Source: Plasmodiophora brassicae (Eukaryota). From it: a DNA stretch of 64,000 nt. The DNA lies in the NCBI GenBank assembly GCA_036867785.1, contig CP145409.1, forward strand, positions 558,001 to 622,000, written 5' to 3'. Made by a program: the position numbers and the translations under genes. Below the pieces are notes generated by a model. The model searched no databases and was not told the DNA's origin. It saw only the letters and a list, made by a program, of their open reading frames with translations. This document shows positions 52,008 to 62,763 of the stretch, in pieces (position 1 is the stretch's first letter; each line of letters starts with the position of its first letter).

Positions 52008-53440
52008 TCACGATGTATTTCCAACCATTAAATTGATGCCCTTCTTCTCTTTAGCCACGTTGATCTCCAGCCAGTTTGTGTCCCGACTGGGGCGACGTTG
52101 TGGGCGCCCATTGACGGCTCTGGCTGCTGGCCGTGGGGGCGCTTTCGCATTCCTCATCGTCTCTTGCTGCATTTGCAGGCTTCGAAGATGTTGCATCATG
52201 GACAGCTCCGAGTTCGCCTGTCGTTGGGCGTTCTTCAGGATCTGCATGTCAATGTCGTCCAGCGATGGACGTTTCGCCCTGGATGCACCCCCAGTTCCCT
52301 GAGGCAATGACTTCTGCGATGCATGCGTCGTGATTGTCGGGAGCGTTAGTTTCTCGGATGCGACGGCTTTCCCAGAGGCAACGTTGCTGTCCACTGATCG
52401 AGGAGCACTGGCGCTTGACACGGCTTTCGGTAACGGATTGCGCTTCTGGCCGCCCATGAGTCGGCCGTAATCGGGGATCGTCGCCATGCTGACTTCGTGC
52501 CTGGTCTCATCCAGGGACGAGCATACGTCTGTAAGCTCGCGCCACCGGTACTCGCCTGCGTTAACCGTCAGCCATCTGGAAACTGAAAGGCCGACGATAT
52601 CAAAAGCAGACCTGTCGACGCCTTGCTTTTCTGGCACGCGATCCTGTAGAAAAGGACACGCAGGAAGTCGACGTACTCTTCAGGGCTGGTGCCCACGACC
52701 CAATAGTCTGCCATGTCAAGGATGGCCTTCCTCATGGTCTCCCGAGACAGGCCTCGGTTGGGCGCCGGGCCCACTACCTGTGCCCACTGCTTCCGGGCGA
52801 TAATGCCCGCCTTGGCTTCGTCGAACGATTCATACAACGTCTTCAGCATCAACATGTACCTGCAGGGGACACACACGATGTCAGACGCGGCTGGGCGAGT
52901 GGCCGCGTGCGCCTGATCCGACATTTCCAGGTACTCCTTCTGCAGGACGCCATGGAGTTGATCGCGGCTGCATGTCAACCAGAATACGTCGGCCGTGCGC
53001 TTCACGTTGCTGTTGGCCTTTGTGCACTCCCGAGCCTCCTGAGCGGACATCGGCTCGCTGCCGTCGTTGTCCGCCTCGTAGATGCTGCCCAGGTGCGTTG
53101 CCCGGGTCGTATCCGAGCCGCTCCCGTTCATGGATTTCCATGATCGAACCGATAGACGCCTGCGCGGGACAACGGTCGGCTCGTTCGACAATTCGGTCAT
53201 CTCGTGGACTTTGCCGGTTCCAGACGCCGCCTCCAGCATGCGCGCCTCCTCGGCCAGGCGCTCGTCGCGTCGTTGGTTCGCCCGAGCGCGCTCGAACTCG
53301 AACAGCGGCACATCGATGTCGGGGATGCGCTCCTGGCGTTGCTGCTCCCGACGTTTCAGCGTACTTTCCACGAACTGACGCTCCAAGCGGGCCTGTATCT
53401 GCTGGAAGAACGGGACAGCCGGTGGCGTTCCGGACTCCAT
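52008..53440 (-). CDS. Hypothetical protein with EF-hand-like helical domain, multi-exon
   Basis: Long ORFs 52568-53467 and 52008-52637. A central ILDMADYW...EEYVDFL..LF.RI block looks conserved. Confidence 0.6.
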
Positions 53441-53774
53441 CCCCTCCACGTGGTGAGTGGCATTCAATCGTGCGCGTGCCCCCCAGCTCGCCTGATATCG
53501 CCATCGACTATGGGGTCGGAATCTCGTGTTCCAACGCCCTCGGATGAAATGGGTACAATCGCAGCATGGTGTCGCTGCCGCGTTGTATGATCGCTGCTGG
53601 TCACATAGACGGCATCACCCTGAAGAAAGCCCTGACCAAGGGAACGCAGACAGTTAAGACTCAGGGTTATCTGTGACGGCGGCGGCAGGGCAGTACCCGT
53701 ACCGTCCGAGCGACTCCACGATCGTTCGTTCGTTCGTTCGGGTTTGGCATTAGTAATTGGGAGCGGCGCTTCCC

Positions 53775-54431
53775 ATGTTCGTTGTCCCGAGCAGTCAGGT
53801 CGGTGATGATGGCGCACCCGGTAATCATCAGCCACCCGCCGCTGGTGATGACGAGGCTCCGTTGCCGCTCGCCAACGACATCCTGAATAACTGGAACGCC
53901 AGCAAGGTCAAGTCGGTCTTCTCGGGAATACGGTACCCATAACCAATCGTTCCCTTCACGCTGGGCGTCCTCAATCGCCGGTTTGTGGACAGGAAGTTCG
54001 GGAAGCAGGCCTCCAAGCGGCATCACGCCTCAGTTGCGTCGCAGTCGGGGAACGAGGGTGTCCCCGACGAGCAACCGCGCCCAGATGCCTTCAAGCGGCA
54101 CTGGTCCAAGGTCGAGGAGGGGGCACTCGTTGCAGGAGTCGCGGCCCACGGTACCGACTACCGGGCGATTCTCCAGGACGAGCGCTTCAGCAAGGACCTG
54201 AGGCTGCGTACCGCAGACGGCCTCAAGGTGAAATGGGCACGCCTCCAGCGCAAGCGCGCTGGCCCGGCCGCCACGGGCACGCCTGCTATCGCCGAGGCCG
54301 ACCAGTGCAAACGGCGGCGAACGACGGATGCCAGCCCATACGACAACATTCCGTTACTGCTGTCGGCGTCCATCATCGTTCTGCGGAACTCTGGCGACGA
54401 TGCCGCTCATTCATTCCGCGATTCTGTATAA
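53775..54431 (+). CDS. Single TRF/telobox-type Myb domain protein (2 exons)
   Basis: RHWSKVEEGALVAGVAAHGTDYRAILQDERF..L..RTADGLKVKWARL; intron at ~53933-53991. Confidence 0.78.
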
Positions 54432-54777
54432 AGCAGTCGCTCTGGATCGCGTCGCCCTGTTAAGCCAGTACACGGCGCCGTACGATGACCGGCTGTGGAA
54501 TTCGTGTATCTCTCTTAGATATTGGTGCGGCAGTCGTCGGGTTGGTTGTACGTACCAGCTGTACCTACGAGGAGGCCGATGACGACGGCGGCGGCGGGCA
54601 CCGGGTGCGGAACAATCTCCGTGGGCGTCGCCGCTGCGCACCGGATCCGGGAAGTTGTGAGACGGGGTGTGGCGCGGGAGAGGCCTCCTCCGGCTGCGCG
54701 TCGCCACGTGGTTGGGGTGGCGTCAGGGACACTAGAAAAAGTCGGTGACGGGCGAGCGTGTTCTGGGCGCGCTCCTG

Positions 54778-55355
54778 ATGTCGTCGACGCGACGGATGGA
54801 TTACGGCGGCATAGCGCCCCGGATCAAACCGCGACGCAAATCGCGTCCCGAGCTGAGCGAGGAACAGAAACAGGAGATCAAGGAGGCGTTCGACCTGTTC
54901 GACACGGACAAGAGCGGAACGATCGACTATCACGAGTTGAAAGTCGCCATGCGAGCGCTCGGCTTTGACGTCAACAAGCAGGAGGTCACCAAGCTCATGC
55001 AGGAGTACGACCGGAACGAGTCCGGACAGGTCGAATACGCCGACTTTGTCGAAATCAGTACGCCCACCGCCGCTCCTGCATTTGCTGGCGAGCGCGCCTA
55101 ACCCGGTCTGCAGTGACACAGAAGATCGCCGAGCGCGACCCGGACGAGGAGATCCTGAAAGCATTCGCCCTGTTCGACGAAGACAACACGGGCAAGATCT
55201 CCCTGAAGAACCTGCGGAAGGTGGCGCGCGAGCTCGGCGAGAACCTCGCCGACGACGAGCTGCAGGCCATGATCGACGAGTTCGACAAGAACCAGGACGG
55301 CGAGATAGACCAGGAGGAATTCATGGCCATCATGAAACAGACCAGTATTTATTGA
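54778..55355 (+). CDS. CETN3: Centrin (centrin-3/Cdc31-like), 2 exons
   Basis: [61 protein letters not shown], four EF hands. Confidence 0.92.
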
Positions 55356-55565
55356 TCTATTTCCTCCGGCACAGTCCTCCCGTCCGCCACCGTCGCCCCC
55401 GACAATGTACCTTAGTAAACCATCGACAATGTTTCTCTTTGTCAACGAACGGCTACGTACGAAGACCCGCGCGGCGTCGTCGTCGGACGAGTTCGCAACG
55501 TCGACGAAGCGCGTCAGTCATGTCCGGAGTTTAGGTGGTCTCCGTGGCGACCATCTGGCGCGATT

Positions 55566-56899
55566 ATGATGCCCGACCGGGACGATACCGCCCTGGGCAG
55601 TGTCCTGTCGAGGCTGCGAGCGTACAACGCGTTCGTCAGGTCGAGGCCGGGGCAGGTGCCGCCCGGGTCGATCGATGGGAGCGCCACCAGGTTCGACGAT
55701 ATCACGGCGAAGCTCCGGCGGATACGCCGGCTGGCACCGTTCGCGTCGGTGTCGGCGCCGGTGTCGGCGCTGCCGTCTCCTGCCGTGGTCGACGCGCGAA
55801 CACAGGCACTGCTTCGATGCAGTAGTTTCCCGTCTGCCTTTCGTGCACCGTTTGGGCAGCCTGCACTGCAACTAGCGTTCGACAATGGGCCCTGTACGAC
55901 CACCAGGCAGCATCGGTTCGATGCTGTGGAAAGAGACATCGCGTTCTACGAACAGAAGCGGGATCAGCAGAGTGTATCGATGTCGCTGAGCGCTGCAGAA
56001 GACGAGGTCGCCCAGTTGATGCAGCGGGTTACGCTACAGCCTGCGGTTCCTGCTGACCGCGAACTGGACGAGGCCATTGCTGTCATCCTCGACGGCATTG
56101 TCGGTGAGCTGGTTCTGGAGCGCATCTTGACGGATTCCAAGACGGCTGCTATTGACAATCTCGCATACGACGTGTCGAGGATATGGTCTGCGCCTAGATC
56201 CCATGTCCACGTGATGAAATTCAACCAGGACATGACAACGGTCTGCCATATCCGACGTCGACCTGCCTGCCTGTCGTGTCTGACACCTTCGTCCAGGACA
56301 TTCTCCTGTGCCTGCGCGACGGCGTCTGGCTGAATGACGAAGTCATGAACTTTCACATCAGCATGATGCAGGAGCGCAACCAGGAGCGCCTGGCGGCCTG
56401 GCCGGGTAGCGTCCCATCGGTCTTCTTCCACAACTCGTTCTTTTATGCCAAGCTCGCCCCCGACGGCCAGTATCGCTACGCGAACGTCGCACGATGGACC
56501 AAGCGCAAGCGCGTCGACATATTCGCCGTCGACTTGGTCATGTTTCCGGTGCACGTCGGCGAATCCCATTGGTGTTTGGGTGTCATCGATATGATGAACA
56601 AGCAGATCGCGTACTACGACTCGCTGGGCGGGGACAACCGCGCGTTCTTCGCCAACGCCAGGCGCTACGTCGCCGACGAGCACGCCGACAAGAAGGGCTC
56701 GCCGCTCGACACATCCGTCTGGACGGACGTCCTACCGGGCAGCGTCCCCCGACAGAACAACGGCTGCGACTGCGGCGTGTTCACGCTCAAGTTCGCCGAT
56801 TTCCTCAGCGACGGCCTGCCGCTGACGTTCCACCAGTCCGACATGCCCTACTTCCGCCGCCGCTGCGCCAAGGAGATCACCGTCGGCAGGCTGCTCTGA
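55566..56899 (+). CDS. Ulp1/SENP SUMO-specific protease (C48), 2 exons; start uncertain
   Basis: WLNDEVMNF, NSFFY, PVH...HWCL, YYDSLG, QNNGCDCGVF. Confidence 0.92.
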
Positions 56900-57035
56900 C
56901 ACACCTCACTGTCCCGACGCAGTCCCCCGTGCATATAATATTGGCAACCTACGATGGCGCTGCTGCCCGTGTATTAGCGTAGGCTCGTAGCTGCTACGTT
57001 CGTGCGCGCGCGCGCCGTGTCCTGTCTTCGGCGGA

Positions 57036-57054
57036 GGGGGGGGGGGGGGGGGGG
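57036..57054. repeat. Poly-G run (19 nt)
   Basis: Direct reading. Confidence 0.9.
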
Positions 57055-57216
57055 TGCCCAAAATGAGTTCGGCACTGTCTGCGGACGGGGCCCCGGGTCG
57101 CTTGAGGGCGCCTCGTCGCCCGCCACTTTGTCGACGTCGCCGCCGGCGCGGTCTCGGCGGGCCCGCCCCCAAACAGAAATTTATACGTCGTGCGGGCGGG
57201 CGGTCGTGGTTGGAGA

Positions 57217-57883
57217 TGGTGGGTGGCAAGGTGCAATGGGAAGGGCGCGCGGTGCCGTCCGACGACGAGTCCGACCTCAGCGGAGTCGGCAGCGGCAGCG
57301 ACGAGGAGTACCTGGCCGACGCCATGAGCGACCGGCTCAACCTGACGGTGAAGCTCGGGTCGTTCAAGGACCTGGCCGGCCCGCCCGCCATGTTCCAGAT
57401 CAACTCGGGCGACGTCGACGAGTTCCTGTCCCGTGCAAACAAGACCGTCGCCGAGGTGTGCTGGTTGGAATGTGCGCTCGTCCCTGACGCTCACGCTCTG
57501 CATTGTAGGCTGGCGAACGCGCAGACGATGCGCAATCGGGATTCGGCGGCGAGGCCCCTGTTTCGAGCGAGGCGCGCCAGGTTGCCGCGAAGGAAAGCGA
57601 CAGTCCCACTGATGATGAACGGCCTGTCGTCGAGGGTGTCGGCGAGGGGTCGATCGCATCCGACGACGCCCCCGTCGATTACGGCCTGAGCGAAATACGC
57701 GGCGCGTCCAGCTCGCGCGCTAGAGCCGTCGCCAGGGCCGTCAAGGCGGCCGTCGTCGTCGCCGGCCTCTGCGTCGCCCTGCCTGTGGCCGGCCTCGAGG
57801 CCCTGTTCTGGAAGGCGCGCCTGCTCCGGGACGATCTCAGGCGCCGCACCGCGTATTGGCGATCGGCCCGCCCCCTGTTCTAG
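57217..57883 (+). CDS. Hypothetical acidic protein with C-terminal hydrophobic segment (2 exons)
   Basis: MVGGKVQWEG...NKTVAE, then an intron at ~57456-57508, then AGERADD...AVVVAGLCVALPVAGLEALFW...PLF*. Confidence 0.5.
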
Positions 57884-57971
57884 CTGGGTAGCCGGATACG
57901 ACGACCCGCGTCCCCGTCATCAGTAAACTATACGCTGTCGAACGCCCGATTATGTATTGGCGGGCGATTAA

Positions 57972-58730
57972 TTACGGCCGGCCGCTGTCGACGATCGTCG
58001 CCTGGTGCACGGCCGTCGGCGGCCGTGTGGCGTTCAGCTCGGTGAGCACGTCGTTGACGCGCGCCTCAAGCCAGTCCAGGAAGAAGGGTCTGGCCGGCGG
58101 TGCCACGAGCGGGACGCCCATCGTCGGGCTGGGGATGAATTGCATCGGCGTCGCCGGGATGGCCGCCTGCGGCGACACCTGCGTCGACGACGCCGCCACC
58201 GATGCCAGCACGTCCAGCTCGGACGGCCGGTCCTGGGCCAGGAACGAGGACGTGTCGACGACGTCGAGGACGTATTCGTCGTCCTGGCTGCTGCTGTCGT
58301 CCCGTGCGGCGTCGTCGTCGTCGTCGTCGTCAACGTTGGCGGGCACCGACTCCCCTGACTTGCTGGCCGAGACGGACGCGCCGCCGCCTCTGGTGAACGC
58401 GCTCGACCTGGTCGGGTCGCTCAGGCTGCTACGAAGCAAGGAGACGGCAACGGCACGTCGCTTGGGCGCGTACTCGGGGCTGGGCGCCACCGCCAGCGGC
58501 ACCGTTCGCGACCGCTTGAGGACCGTGTCGAATTGCAGGCCGAGCTCGTCGAGCCGCTCGGCCGACTTGGGCGACGCCGGGAACGAATCGGCGCTGGCGT
58601 AGTCGGGTTTCAGCGCCAGGACGTCGATGACGGGCGACGACCTGGGCATGGCGTCCGACGTGGGCGCGAACCCGCCCGTCCCGCTGCCGACGTGGATGGG
58701 GCCATCGAACGAGCGCGGCTGTGCTAGCAT
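57972..58730 (-). CDS. Hypothetical low-complexity protein (252 aa)
   Basis: ATG-initiated ORF, Ser/Asp/Pro-rich, with short amphipathic motifs (LDVLASVA, FFLDWLE). Confidence 0.55.
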   Translation of the reverse strand: MLAQPRSFDGPIHVGSGTGGFAPTSDAMPRSSPVIDVLALKPDYASADSFPASPKSAERLDELGLQFDTVLKRSRTVPLAVAPSPEYAPKRRAVAVSLLRSSLSDPTRSSAFTRGGGASVSASKSGESVPANVDDDDDDDAARDDSSSQDDEYVLDVVDTSSFLAQDRPSELDVLASVAASSTQVSPQAAIPATPMQFIPSPTMGVPLVAPPARPFFLDWLEARVNDVLTELNATRPPTAVHQATIVDSGRP

Positions 58731-58996
58731 GGCGGCCGTTGTCGTCGTTCCGTCCCCGCAGCACCCCAGCTATCCGAATCGGGCGAATATCGACAGCGGC
58801 TACGACCAGAGCTGGATCCCCTTTGGGCCCAGAATGTCGATCTGGGGAGTTCTCTGCGGGCGCGTGCCCAACCCCCTCGATTGAGTATCTCCCCTGCAAT
58901 CGCGCGTACGGTATCCCAGCGGGTGCCGGGCGGGTGCTGCTGGGCCGCCAACACGAACGACGCAGACGCGCTTGTGCCGGAGACGACTCTGGCCGC

Positions 58997-59045
58997 TGTG
59001 TGTGTGTGTGTGTGTCTGTGTGTGTGTCTGTGTGTGTGTGTCTGT
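58997..59045. repeat. Interrupted (TG)n microsatellite
   Basis: tgtgtg...tctgtgtg... Confidence 0.9.
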
Positions 59046-59405
59046 ATGCCTGCAAACGGTTGCGACACAGCGGGCACTTCCGGTATCAGAGTCGGCTGTG
59101 CTGCACGACGCGCTGCAGCGCTCAGGCGAATCGGATCCCGGGCGGCGCCACCCGAGCCCGCGTAACATTATCAGGACGCCGGGCGGCCGTCCCTGGACCA
59201 GACGAGGGGCACACGCGGCGCACCAGCAGCGCCCAGCACGGTCGCCGTGATGAAGGGTTTGCCGCAGGACGCCGCGTTCGCCGGTCTGGTGTTCGGCAAG
59301 GCGTGGCCTTCGCCGGATCAGCGGTCGTTCGAGACCGTTCTGGAACGGGGACGCGGCAGGGACGTTGGGCGCCCGGCCGGGCGGTGATCGTCACTGCGGT
59401 CGACT

Positions 59406-59672
59406 ATGGCGTTCTACGAAGCCGGCGGGGTCGTGCAGCGTTGCGCGTGCAAGTTCTGGGAGGACAACGAGGACGAGGATCGCCTATCGGGCGTGGCGGG
59501 GTACCCGCGCAGGCGTCCCGCACGACACCCGCACAACGACGACGACGACGACGACATCCTGGACGACCTTGTTCGCGTCCACGAACGCATGTACAGGTTC
59601 CAGATGCGCCCCGGTCGCCACGTGCAGCGCCCCGGCTGGTTCATGTACGTCCCGTCACTGCTGTACCGATAA
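59406..59672 (+). CDS. Small hypothetical protein (88 aa)
   Basis: ATG ORF with GC-rich third positions, ending before an AT-rich spacer, convergent with the bZIP gene. Confidence 0.35.
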   Translation: MAFYEAGGVVQRCACKFWEDNEDEDRLSGVAGYPRRRPARHPHNDDDDDDILDDLVRVHERMYRFQMRPGRHVQRPGWFMYVPSLLYR

Positions 59673-59743
59673 CGATATAACACAAAGCGCACCCAGCCAC
59701 GTGGGCGCGTATCATTGTTACTCGGTAGGCCTGCCCCGTCTAG

Positions 59744-60456
59744 TCACCGGGTCTTGACGTCGTCGGCGTCAGGTCGCCGACGCGGGAACGTCGATAGGCC
59801 TGCGGCCAGCGAGTACGACACCGATGGCACGACGATCATGGTCGCGGGCAGCGCCGCGCGAAGGTCGTCGTTCTCCCGTTTCAGGTGCTCGATGGCCTGC
59901 ATGAGGACCTCGTTGCGCGTCGCCAGCTGTGCGCATCTGGCCTCCAGCGTCTGGACGTACGCCCGCTTCCGCTCCCGGCTCTGCTGGGCGCTCGCCCGGT
60001 TCCTCAGCAGCCTGCGACAGCGCTGGGTTAGAGACGATGTCCATCGACAGGCGGAGGGCGCCACCTTTTCTGCCTGCAGACGTCCACGTCCTTGTTGGGG
60101 TCGGTTCTAGGCGTCTTCCTCATCGGAGACGGCGATGATGTCCCCGCGTCCGTCTCGTCGGGGATGTCAACTGACAGATTCCGTTTCCTGGCGTTCGGCG
60201 TCGTCGTCATCGACGACGAATCGTCGGCGCCGATCAATGCGCCCGGATCGGTCTTCCCGTCAGCGCCGGTCGGCGTCGCACGAACGGCGTGGACGGGCGC
60301 GGCGAGCGCCTCTGGGCCGACAAACGAGAAGAACGCGGGCTGCCGTCGCCTAGGCGGCTGGACGACAGGCGAGATGGGCATCATGTACGACGAGGGCGGG
60401 ATCGGCGGGCGGTCATCGGCGCTGGCGACCTGCCACGCGGGTTCGAGCTGGCTCAT
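59744..60456 (-). CDS. bZIP transcription factor (HY5/ATF6-like basic region), 2 exons
   Basis: Spliced RQK|RLLRNRASAQQSRERKRAYVQTLE, followed by a leucine zipper L-x6-L. Confidence 0.88.
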
Positions 60457-60716
60457 TGTCGAGGGGGGAGGGGGCGCGCCGGACACCGACCGAGCGACAG
60501 CGGCGAGGGAGACCTCGGGCCCTCAATCCCAAATATAAATCGCATGTGTACGAACGGCCCGAGGGCCTGCCCCGCCCAGCAGCCGGTCCCAGCCATCGCT
60601 GGTGCTGTTCTCTGCAGATCCTGTTACCCCCCGCTGTGTGAGTGTGTACTACGACGACTGGTACGACCGTACACGATCATCCCTGGGGACGTCCCCATCC
60701 GTCGCCGGCTCGTCGC

Positions 60717-61310
60717 TCACTTTGTCGGTATTTCCTGCTTCGTCAGGACGTCGGAGACGGAGACGGATTCCGGGCCGGCCGCGATGAAGTCGGTGTCGGG
60801 GATGAACGGCGCCTGTTGGACCGGTTCCGGGTGCTGCTCGACCTGTTCGATGAAGAACGAATCCGGGCGGTACTCGCGGCCGCGTTCGATCTGGTCCAGC
60901 AGGCTGGCCTGCGAGGCGCCCGACAGGACCCGCCCCGTCTTGTGGACGGCGACCCAGGTGCCCGCCGGGTACTCGGTCTCCGGCTTCAGGTTGATGTTCC
61001 ACAGGTCGCGAGCCTCTTGCGCATCGTGCGTCAGCACGTCTCGAGCCCTGCCCAGCGGACTCGTCAGTGCCCACGCTTCCCCGCGCCATGCCTCGTACGA
61101 ACCCGTGGTGCCTGGCCGAATCGCATCGACGGTCGACCGAGATGACCGGCTCGGTCGCATACGACCGGCGGTGGTGGCACGCCCGACGCAGTCCCCTGTG
61201 GACGAAACGATGACGACGATGAAATACAGGGGCCGGCGTCTGAAGGCCGGCGACGAACGGACGGCCTACCTAGGGCGCAGGCCAGCGCACAGCAACCGTC
61301 GGCCCAACAT
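60717..61310 (-). CDS. Small protein with mitochondrial-type presequence and DUF5678-like domain (3 exons)
   Basis: MLGRRLLCAGLRPR|GLRRACHHRRSYA presequence (intron 61196-61269); EYPAGTWVAVHKTGRVLSG.SQ..LL......PDSFFIEQV. Confidence 0.6.
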
Positions 61311-61491
61311 TGATGAATGCCAGGTACGAGTGCGAGAGACGGCGGCGGAGGCGGGGAGGCGCACAGAATTTCGGGGCCTGAACGGCGCCCGAGTCGACAC
61401 AGACGACCCGTGCGCCAGGCTCCGATCCGATGGTGTGATGGCGTCGTCGTGTATTGTGGGGAGGGGGAGCGCAACCGATATTGCACCGCGG

Positions 61492-61964
61492 TCAGCATTT
61501 GTACAGGAGGACGGCCCGGTTGCCCATGTAGTAGACGTAGATCATGTTGCCCTTCTGGTGCGTGACCTCGAAGCCGAACCCCTCGCCGAGGATGACGTGC
61601 CACGTGGCGCCGAACTTCTTATCCATGATCTCCTTGATCTGCTTGCAGGCCGCCTGTACCCAAACGCAGGTCATCGGCCGGCCGTTTCACGGATCCATCC
61701 GACCCCGTTTGCCCGACATCGTAGTTGCCCGCGTTCTTGTCCAGCGCCGACACGATAATGTCCATGGATTCCGTCGCGAGCTCGTCGCCCATATCGCGCG
61801 CCTGGCGACCACACGCCTGTCAGTCTGCGCCGGTCGTCGTCGTTGGCGCAGGCGGGGGCACTGACCGCCACCAGCGGCTTCTCCATCGACTTCAACAGCT
61901 CCGTCGTCCACTCCGCCGGGAACATCTCCTCGCGGGACGTCTTCGACACCGCCATCGTCGCCAT
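61492..61964 (-). CDS. DNAL4: Axonemal dynein light chain 4 (LC8 family, DNAL4/LC10-like), 3 exons
   Basis: DM..E...E.MDI.VSA.DK, ACKQIKEIMDKKFGATWHVILGEGFGFEVTHQ, C-terminal YKC. Confidence 0.88.
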
Positions 61965-62080
61965 GACGCGCGCGACGAACACCCTGTCCTATGGGACGGC
62001 TGCCTAGGGTTGGCTGCGCCCCACCCAGCGATACCGGTAGTACTGTGCACAGCGACAAACAATGGACGATGTGGGTTTTC

Positions 62081-62653
62081 CTATTGCAGTGCCTGTCGTA
62101 TGCCGACAAAGGTGCTGGCGATGTCGGCCAGGTTGAGGACCATGGCGAGCAGCAGCTGGCTGAGGCCGTTGGCGCTGAAGACGATGAGGACGGGGAGGAC
62201 GGCGGCGATGGCGAACACGACGGACAGGGCGTAGAACAGCGTCGGTAGGTAGGTGTGGGTGGGCACGCGCCCGTGCACCAGGGCCGGTGGGGCGCCGCAC
62301 GCGGGCACCTTCGTCGACAGGTGCACATCGTGCCCGTCGGCGGTCCTGAGCGCGACGGTCAGGTCCATGCCGGGGACGATGTCGATGCCGTCCAGGATGC
62401 CCTGGAACGCCGGTATGCTGGCAATGCTGGCGATCGTGTCTCGGGCGGCCTGCCGCTCGTCTACCCGTTTCTTGTAGGCGATGTAGGCCTGGTGGTCGGT
62501 CAGGTACACCCAGGCCAGGAACGCGAACAGCGCGTCCAGGAACAGGAAGACGGCGCCGGCGACCGCCATGGTCCTCACGGCCAGCACGATCTCGTACGCC
62601 ATGATGTACAGGACAATGACGGGCGCGATGATCGACGTCATCTGGACCTCCAT
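62081..62653 (-). CDS. Hypothetical 4-TM membrane protein
   Basis: Two N-terminal and two C-terminal hydrophobic helices around a soluble loop. Confidence 0.6.
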   Translation of the reverse strand: MEVQMTSIIAPVIVLYIMAYEIVLAVRTMAVAGAVFLFLDALFAFLAWVYLTDHQAYIAYKKRVDERQAARDTIASIASIPAFQGILDGIDIVPGMDLTVALRTADGHDVHLSTKVPACGAPPALVHGRVPTHTYLPTLFYALSVVFAIAAVLPVLIVFSANGLSQLLLAMVLNLADIASTFVGIRQALQ

Positions 62654-62763
62654 GACGGATGGATGTATATATGGAGGGAACACACACGACGAGACGGCTA
62701 TGAGAGTCACAGACTGTCGTCGTGCGCCCGCGTCCATTGACGAGAGCCAAACAACCCCCGGTT

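Noticed and set aside
59760-59870. IRE1-type unconventional intron in the bZIP mRNA (CTG|C...CCG|CAG flanking a hydrophobic C-terminal stretch)
   Set aside because: Only one site matches CNG|CNG, neither forms a convincing stem with a 7-nt loop, and the 46-nt spacing differs from known HAC1/XBP1/bZIP60 short introns.
60289-61758. 489-aa plus-strand ORF (and many similar long antisense ORFs)
   Set aside because: Shadow ORFs of GC-rich DNA lying opposite recognisable genes (bZIP, DUF5678-like, DNAL4), with Arg/Pro-rich composition and no motifs.
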